Origin: Cyanobacteria bacterium P01_A01_bin.123
GTDB lineage: Bacteria; Cyanobacteriota; Cyanobacteriia; Phormidesmidales; Phormidesmidaceae
Direction: 5' to 3'
Length of the DNA stretch: 64,000 bases
Assembly: GCA_039815185.1 (NCBI GenBank)
Contig: JBCBZT010000008.1
Location: forward strand, 139,260-203,259
Under the pieces are notes generated by a model. The model was given only the letters and a program-made list of their open reading frames with translations. It was not told the DNA's origin and did no database searches. This document shows positions 57,826 to 64,000 of the stretch, in pieces. Each line of letters opens with the position of its first letter. The stretch's first letter is position 1. A program made the translations under genes and the position numbers.

Positions 57826-58841
57826 AGCTGGGTATCGTCGGAGAGTAAATAGAGACCTCTTACATTGGCAAATTGCGGATCGCCCATCACCGTAAACAAT
57901 CGACGACCCGCCAATCGTTCGGCAATCAAGTGAGACCCACCACCGGTGACCAAGAATCGGGTCACTCTAGCCATGTAAGGGGTGTACTGAGCTTTAACCG
58001 TCTGGAAGATACCCTTAAACCAAGGATCGAGATGCTCATCGAGCCACTCCGCCCAAGACAACCCAGTATCGGCATACACGTGATCATCCCGAAACCCATC
58101 CATCACTAGGCACGGATCGGCAGAGGTGCCCAGGGCATCTGTGAGGCGCTTATCAAAACTAATGGAGGCTGCCAAGTCATAGGTGCCGCCGCGATCAAGG
58201 ACGTTTTCATCAATCACATCCCCTTCAGCATCTACCAGGCGGGTCAGCCATGTGCCGCCACCAATATCAACCACAATGGTGTAGCCCTCTGAGGGAATAT
58301 GCCCCTGCTTTTTAGCGTATTCATAGGCCCCCATCCCTTCGCGCAAGACCGTGACCTGATTAACCGTAACTTGATAGTCGTGGTCGTTACGCTTAAATTC
58401 ATGCACACCCAGCAACTGCTCTTGAAGCAATTCACCGTGGCGGGCCGGATCGGGGGTGGAAAGATAAAGACTCAGGGGGTACTCAAACACTTGACCATCA
58501 AGGGCGGAAGTACAGGCATAGAGATGTAGCTTAGCCAGTTCCACCTTGTTTTCAACGACGGTTTGCTGCTGACGGCGGTATTTGTAGGCCTGGGTACCAA
58601 AGTGAACCCGGCGACCGTCGGGCAACTCAATCAGAGGGGAGGCTTCTGAGTAGCGTACAGGGTCGCGTCCCCGAGGGAGCTCAAATCTCACCGAGCGAAT
58701 CGCTTTAGGGTGGTCAGAGCCGCTGAAAAACTTGAGATCATAATTGCCAGCATCAAGGGCCAAGACAGATTGAGTGGCTGGATTGACTGCTTTGGGGGAT
58801 CGCTTTCGTCGGGGGGTTGCAGTTTTGGTGGCTACGGTCAT
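57807..58841 (-). CDS. ParM/StbA-like actin-fold ATPase
   Basis: Phosphate-1 ALDAGNYDLK, connect-1 REGMGA, phosphate-2 VVDIGGGT, adenosine LVTGGGS, connect-2 PQFANVRG. Confidence 0.88.
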   Translation of the reverse strand: MTVATKTATPRRKRSPKAVNPATQSVLALDAGNYDLKFFSGSDHPKAIRSVRFELPRGRDPVRYSEASPLIELPDGRRVHFGTQAYKYRRQQQTVVENKVELAKLHLYACTSALDGQVFEYPLSLYLSTPDPARHGELLQEQLLGVHEFKRNDHDYQVTVNQVTVLREGMGAYEYAKKQGHIPSEGYTIVVDIGGGTWLTRLVDAEGDVIDENVLDRGGTYDLAASISFDKRLTDALGTSADPCLVMDGFRDDHVYADTGLSWAEWLDEHLDPWFKGIFQTVKAQYTPYMARVTRFLVTGGGSHLIAERLAGRRLFTVMGDPQFANVRGLYLLSDDTQLCMTTK

Positions 58842-58877
58842 AGTATAAATGTCCTACTCTGTTAGTGAGCTCCCAGA

Positions 58878-58912
58878 TGGGGATTATTGTCCCCAGTAGT
58901 ACATGAATACTA
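58878..58912. promoter_or_regulatory. Two adjacent palindromes upstream of the ParM-like gene; the second is LexA-box-like
   Basis: TGGGGA-N6-TCCCCA (58878-58895) and TAGTA-CATGAA-TACTA (58897-58912); the latter overlaps a minus-strand TGaTATAGT extended -10. Confidence 0.5.
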
Positions 58913-59040
58913 TATCACGACTCTCTCAATTTTGCGATCTCAGCTTCATCTCCATCGATCATTTCTCCTGTAGGGTCGTCCGGCGGCTGTGCCACCCCAA
59001 TTAGGGTTTCAAGTCAGATGGATGGGTTTTTGGGGAATGC

Positions 59041-60105
59041 CTATTGGGCTTCAGGATCTGTCGGATCGGGCAAGATCTTGAGGCGAATGGTGCGAGCTAG
59101 GCTACTGTCGCGATCGCCGAGTTGAATTTCTACCACTTCTCCGGTCAGGGGGGCGAGGTAGTCTAGTAGCGATCGCAGGTGAGGTGTGCTTTCCCCGCTA
59201 TCAAGATAGACCCGCTCTGAAAGCTTTTGAATCCGCTGCCAGGTCGTAAACAGTTTCGCGATCGCCTGCTCAAGCTGAGCTGCCTGGGCGACTAAGTCTG
59301 CTGTGGCATTGAGGCAGCCTATTCGTAAGGCCTCTTCAAGGGCTAATTCAAGGTTTAAGCCCTCGTGGTTAAGCGCCTGCACTTGGGTGGCGGCGTCAAT
59401 ATATTTGGCGAGGTAGCGGGCTTCTGCGGTAGCTTGCTTGAGGGTATCCACATCGGGACTCAGGGAAACCTCGGTTTTCAGGGTTTTTTGATGAGATTCG
59501 GGCAGTTTTTCCATTTCTCGCACTAGGGGCGCGAGGTATCGGGTAGGGATGGTATTGTCAGCTGCTTTTGCTTTGATTTCGGTGGGTAGTAAGTCGGAGG
59601 TCATGGCCGTCCATTCATCGGAGAGCTGCCGGACTTCTCGGCGCGTAATGGCGTCCCCCCGATGGGCGGCTTCACTGACCAGTTGCTGCACTTCTGGAGC
59701 CGCTTGGGCCGTTTCTACAAAGGCGCGTTTGCTAAAGCGGTTGACATCTTCAGGTTCGAGCATACCCTCGCTGAGCAACAAATCGGCGCTATCGGCCAGT
59801 TCCATCAGTACATAGGCTTGACTTTTACTGATCTCACGGTCCTTAAGCCAATTGAGAAATCCAGTGCCGCGTCCTTCACCACCCCGCTTTTCGCGATCGC
59901 GGACGGCCTTTAAAATCCGACCGCGCCAGATATCCGTTTGCAAATCGAAGCGATCGCACACCTGCCAAGCCGCCTCAATTTGCTGCAAAAACTCTGCTTC
60001 TGAAATCTGGTCGTCTTCAGGATCAGGCAGCTGAAAATTGAGGTCAACCTCTTGGGAAGCGCCTTGGGCGTTCAGGTCGATAGTGAAAGGCCGGGCAGCG
60101 GTCAT
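59041..60105 (-). CDS. Conserved cyanobacterial hypothetical protein (HTH-like segment plus coiled coil)
   Basis: AWQVCDRFDLQTDIWRGRIL.AVRDREKRGGEGRG.GFLNWL...EISKSQAY. Confidence 0.75.
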   Translation of the reverse strand: MTAARPFTIDLNAQGASQEVDLNFQLPDPEDDQISEAEFLQQIEAAWQVCDRFDLQTDIWRGRILKAVRDREKRGGEGRGTGFLNWLKDREISKSQAYVLMELADSADLLLSEGMLEPEDVNRFSKRAFVETAQAAPEVQQLVSEAAHRGDAITRREVRQLSDEWTAMTSDLLPTEIKAKAADNTIPTRYLAPLVREMEKLPESHQKTLKTEVSLSPDVDTLKQATAEARYLAKYIDAATQVQALNHEGLNLELALEEALRIGCLNATADLVAQAAQLEQAIAKLFTTWQRIQKLSERVYLDSGESTPHLRSLLDYLAPLTGEVVEIQLGDRDSSLARTIRLKILPDPTDPEAQ

Positions 60106-60195
60106 AGTGGATTTTTGATAGCGCAAGGAGTAAAGGGATGCAGAGGGGCCGGGGAGCCGGGGGAGGACTGTGATTCATCGGGTCTGTAATGGGTT

Positions 60196-60672
60196 CTAGT
60201 GCTGGACAAGCAGGCGAAAAATAGTTGTCGCCAACCAGAATGAACCCAATGCGATCGCGCCGACGAGTCCCAATAATCCCACAATTAATACCAGAGCGAA
60301 CCATCGATTTGCCCGTTGATTGGTTTGGGGGCTGCGCACATGGTGTTCGACGAGCTGCACGTTTTTGGCATTGGCCTTCCACACCAGATCGAAGCCATCC
60401 CCCAAGATTGGTACCGTACCGACAATCACCTCTAGAACGATATTCCAGGTCATGCGGAGTAGGGTGGCTGTGGGGAGTCCTAGGCGCATTGCTTCAAAAA
60501 CGATGTAAATCGACAGTACCCCGCTCAGCAAATCGCCACCGCCGGGCAACAGCCCCACTATGGGATCGAGCCCGAACTTGAAGCCTGTCCCTGGAATAGC
60601 AACTGCATTGTCCATCACTGTGCTGATGGCACGTAGGCGTTTGAGGATGGGGGTGAGTTGGGATTGGGGCAT
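60196..60672 (-). CDS. DUF4112 domain membrane protein
   Basis: MDNAVAIPGT.FKFGLDPIVGLLPGGGD, VPILGD.FD.VWKAN.KN. Confidence 0.9.
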   Translation of the reverse strand: MPQSQLTPILKRLRAISTVMDNAVAIPGTGFKFGLDPIVGLLPGGGDLLSGVLSIYIVFEAMRLGLPTATLLRMTWNIVLEVIVGTVPILGDGFDLVWKANAKNVQLVEHHVRSPQTNQRANRWFALVLIVGLLGLVGAIALGSFWLATTIFRLLVQH

Positions 60673-60752
60673 GGGTGGAGTCGGGGAGTCGGAGGGAGGG
60701 AGTGGGGGAGTGGGGGAGTGGGGGAGTGGGGGAGTGGGGGAGTGGGGGAGCA
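60673..60752. repeat. Tandem 8-mer repeat (GGGGAGTG)n
   Basis: About six near-perfect GGGGAGTG units plus degenerate flanking units. Confidence 0.85.
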
Positions 60753-61003
60753 GCCAGGGAGGCAAGAATGAGTTTGCCGTGGAATTCTGGGTGAGTTCAG
60801 TCGAATGCGGGGTGGCGTGGCATAGCTGTTTGACAAGTGATTGGCAGGCGTGGCTTTCCTAGAGAAAATACCAATGGGAGCACAAAGATTCGCGCTCATA
60901 TTCTAAAGGCACCATGCTTTGAGAACATCTATGGTTTGACAGAGATTCTGTTGAAGTATCCCTCCCATGCAAGATTTATCTTGGCGTTATTTCCTTCAAA
61001 ATC

Positions 61004-61714
61004 ATGCCTCCTACCCCGTCTCAATTCGCCCCCATTTTTCAATCCCTTCAAGGTGGCCTAGTCGTCTCTTGCCAAGCCCCCCCAGACTCTCCCCTTTATC
61101 ACCCCGACATGATCGCCGCGATCGCCCAAGCATCTGTCCAACGAGGCGCGGTCGGGGTGCGGATTGACACCCCAGCGCATGTGAAAGCCGTGCGATCGCA
61201 GGTCAATGTGCCGATCATTGGCCTGTGGAAACAGCAAATTTCTGGTTATGACGTCTATATCACGCCCCAGTTTCACCATGCCCAAGCGATCGCGGCGGCT
61301 GGAGCCGACATTATCGCCATTGATGCAACAACGCGCGATCGCCCCAAGCATGAAACTGTGCCACAACTGATTGAGCGCATCCATAGGGAACTACAAAAAC
61401 CCGTCATGGCTGATGTCGATACTCTAGCCGTCGCCAAAACTGCGGCGGCTGCCGGAGCTGATTGCATCGGAACCACCCTTTATGGCTACACAGCTATCAC
61501 CCAAACCGAAAAGCCTCCAGGCTTTGATTTGCTCAAGCAAATGCGATCGCAGCTCTCGGTCCCGCTGGTCTGTGAAGGTGGCATTGCATCACCGCAAATG
61601 GCACGTCAAGCCCTCGATCTAGGTGCTGACATGGTCGTTGTCGGCACCGCCATTACCGGCATCGACTTACAAGTTATGGCCTATTGCCAAGCTCTTGACA
61701 GTCATCCCGGATAA
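61004..61714 (+). CDS. nanE: N-acetylmannosamine-6-phosphate 2-epimerase
   Basis: GLVVSCQA, PIIGLWK, VYITP, IAIDAT.R.RP, GTTLYGYT, EGGI, VVVGTAIT. Confidence 0.93.
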   Translation: MPPTPSQFAPIFQSLQGGLVVSCQAPPDSPLYHPDMIAAIAQASVQRGAVGVRIDTPAHVKAVRSQVNVPIIGLWKQQISGYDVYITPQFHHAQAIAAAGADIIAIDATTRDRPKHETVPQLIERIHRELQKPVMADVDTLAVAKTAAAAGADCIGTTLYGYTAITQTEKPPGFDLLKQMRSQLSVPLVCEGGIASPQMARQALDLGADMVVVGTAITGIDLQVMAYCQALDSHPG

Positions 61715-61844
61715 ACCCAACCCCTCCCCAACTTGCTGACCAAGGCTAGACCCATAGACCCATAGGGTCGCCTCGAAGCATTAATCCTGCCGAACTAAGA
61801 TTCAGCACCCCATCACCCCATCACTCCCCTGCTCCTCATTCTCT

Positions 61845-62432
61845 CTAACGCTGCTGTCGCCAAAGAATCACCATCTCATCCCCCACAACGGGATTACGAG
61901 CGATTAATGCGCCATCAGGTTGGTCAGAGACCGTCCCTGTAGAGCCAACGCGCAGCTGCAGGTTCTCAAATGAGAGTTGCTGAGTGCGTTGCCACAGCTC
62001 ATTGGCTAGCTGATCTTGACGGCTATTAGGCAGGTCATACCATTGGGATCCGAGCGTAACAATCAAACAGCTTTGGCGAAACTCAGCCTCGACTGATTGC
62101 AACACTCCCGCTGCAAACTCATCGCTAATTGCCGCCACCTGATCTTGAATGTCAGCGATCAGGGCCGGATCTGGTGTGACTTCAAATGCTGTTTCGGTTT
62201 GGGGCGGCAGCGCAGGGGAATTAGTGACGGTTGCTGGGGCGGGCGCAGGTGAAATCAGGGTGGAGAATATCGACCCAATCAGTAGAATAATCCCCAGCAG
62301 AATTCCCGTCAGTGCCCCATTAGACAACCTCGATAGCCGTTGTTGTAAAGACTCTGGCAACCGTGATTTCAGCCCGTCTAAACTGCTGACCCAACTGGCC
62401 CATAGGCGTTTAAGTAAGGGTTGTTCAGTCAT
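61845..62432 (-). CDS. Hypothetical single-TM cyanobacterial protein
   Basis: TM helix, Pro linker, LIADIQDQV...WY.L...Q..LA...ARNPVVGDEMVIL; GAGG RBS before MTEQP. Confidence 0.7.
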   Translation of the reverse strand: MTEQPLLKRLWASWVSSLDGLKSRLPESLQQRLSRLSNGALTGILLGIILLIGSIFSTLISPAPAPATVTNSPALPPQTETAFEVTPDPALIADIQDQVAAISDEFAAGVLQSVEAEFRQSCLIVTLGSQWYDLPNSRQDQLANELWQRTQQLSFENLQLRVGSTGTVSDQPDGALIARNPVVGDEMVILWRQQR

Positions 62433-62660
62433 CTCGTCCTCTTGAAAAGCAGCGCAACCCAGCCCAAACATCAACCCACCCATTCGCGCAGAGAAGCCTA
62501 TAGGCTGAGCTATTAGCAGGGTGTCCTTTAAACGCTACAAACAAACGGCTACCCCCCAACTTCTGCTCAAACTATCTTCTTGGAATACTCCCTCTGGGTG
62601 CTTTTGATCCCAAGACTTTGTGAGCTAAGCTACAGAAATAGACGCTGAGAGGATCGACCC

Positions 62661-62894
62661 ATGGCAGAGCCCAACACCCAAACCTGCCCCGTCTGCAGTA
62701 TCAAAATTGTTGTTGGTGTTGCCGGAGGCGATCGCGTTTTGTTTTCTACGGGGCCCCAAGGCGATCGCGCCAAACTCTGGGCTCGGGTTTGCCAGTACGT
62801 GAACAGACCTGGCTGCATCAATGATAAAAGCCGTGCAGGCACCATCAAACCTGACGACTATTACAAACCCGACGCACCACAAACTTCGGCATAG
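62661..62894 (+). CDS. Small conserved Cys-containing hypothetical protein
   Basis: CPVC...D.V.FS.GP.G.RA.L.ARVCQY....GCIN; GAGG RBS. Confidence 0.7.
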   Translation: MAEPNTQTCPVCSIKIVVGVAGGDRVLFSTGPQGDRAKLWARVCQYVNRPGCINDKSRAGTIKPDDYYKPDAPQTSA

Positions 62895-63182
62895 TAGCAA
62901 CGATATGCGGGTTTTGTGCAGTTGCAAGTTCTATTGCGGTGTTAGCAAGGTAGTTCAGCGATACTCAGTGCTTTAATCAATAGGGCTAAAGTGATACTTT
63001 TTGCGAAATCTAACGCAATCCCGATGTTTCACTGGATAGCTCGAAAAATTGAGCCATAATGTCTCAGCTTAACTGGACGCAGGTTCTTGCTTCCAAACGG
63101 TTTGAGTTATTGCAACGCCTGAGTAACTCTGGGCAGTGCTTAAGTTACTCTAGATGTCTGAAACCACCGCAATTCCTAAGTC

Positions 63183-63638
63183 ATGATGAAACTGTTGATG
63201 AAATGCCTGCGGCATTCTGTTCTTGTTCCCGCTACGTTACTTGTTTTAAGTCTTGAAGTCGGCCTTGCTCAAGCGCAAACGCAAATTTATACGCCTGTCA
63301 CCCTGCCCGACAGCCGGGAAATTACGGATACCCTCTCTGAGCAAGATATTCCTACAGGCTTTGGCGGTTACGCGCGCGACTACACCGTCTACTTCGAATC
63401 GGGAGACCAAGTCGCCATTGACGCGATTTCTGACCAGTTTGATACCTTAGTGACATTGATGGGGCCAGATGGCATTACCATCGGTGAAAACGATGACGGC
63501 CCAGACGGGACAACTAATTCTCTATTATTCGCACGCATTACTGAATCGGGCACCTACACAGTCCGCATTCGAGCCTATGCGGGTCAGGGCGGGGGAGAAT
63601 TCTTTTTGAAGGTTGCGCGTTTGCGTCCGGTGCCTTAA
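63183..63638 (+). CDS. Exported PPC (pre-peptidase C-terminal) domain protein
   Basis: Signal peptide; SDQFDTLVTL.GPDG..IGENDDG...NS......SGTYTVR. Confidence 0.85.
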   Translation: MMKLLMKCLRHSVLVPATLLVLSLEVGLAQAQTQIYTPVTLPDSREITDTLSEQDIPTGFGGYARDYTVYFESGDQVAIDAISDQFDTLVTLMGPDGITIGENDDGPDGTTNSLLFARITESGTYTVRIRAYAGQGGGEFFLKVARLRPVP

Positions 63639-63828
63639 GGGTGAAAAAAGCGCGATTGCCCGGTATGTCATTGCTAAACATCGGGCAATCTGCACAATCT
63701 GACTCCTGATGTGCCATAACCTGGGCACGTTCCAGCAACGGCAGGAAATTCTTCAACGAACAGCTTGCTAAGGGTTGCCTCAGTTTGCTACCTTGATAAA
63801 GCCCTGAATGCAGTGGCCCATATCCCTC

Positions 63829-63901
<73 letters not shown>

Positions 63902-64000
63902 TCGTTTCAGCGATCGCATTTTCATAATACCTAAAATTCAGGTATATCAATGTGCCGAGTTTTTCCAGCATAGTGTTTGTAAATCACGGTTGGAGATGTG

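Noticed and set aside
58842..59040. parC centromere for the ParM-like pair
   Set aside because: No array of short direct repeats is visible, only two palindromes. A distant or degenerate site cannot be excluded.
60673..60899. Pro-rich ORFs/extensions (PHSPTPPL)n and a possible CRISPR-like array
   Set aside because: They are translations of a simple GGGGAGTG tandem repeat with no spacers; the DUF4112 gene most likely starts at 60672.

Overview
Chromosomal window from a cyanobacterium, probably a filamentous Leptolyngbya/Nodosilinea-like strain. Evidence: dense HIP1 GCGATCGC octamers, ycf3, ycf37, pxcA, chlI, rpmI-rplT, gatC, coaBC, trmB and tRNA-Phe. Core genes alternate with accessory blocks: (i) an AT-rich islet at 14.5-20.1 kb with decayed IS6-like and IS4-like transposases, a caspase-like protease fused to a STAND NTPase, and a small membrane protein; (ii) an amino-acid dehydratase/racemase cluster; (iii) an ArsR-SRPBCC-ECF42-DGPF/VOC stress cluster that is eroding and is interrupted by an RTX gene plus an IS630 relic. 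The best candidate for an undescribed system is a chromosomal ParM-like actin ATPase with an overlapping ParR-like partner next to chlI. It has no visible parC iterons and a LexA-like palindrome over its promoter. The window also holds a glutamine (glnA-motif) riboswitch, a 46-bp perfect palindrome, several families of small dispersed repeats (some in-frame inside genes), and pseudogene fragments absent from the ORF track. All family calls come from motif recognition by eye; no database search was run.
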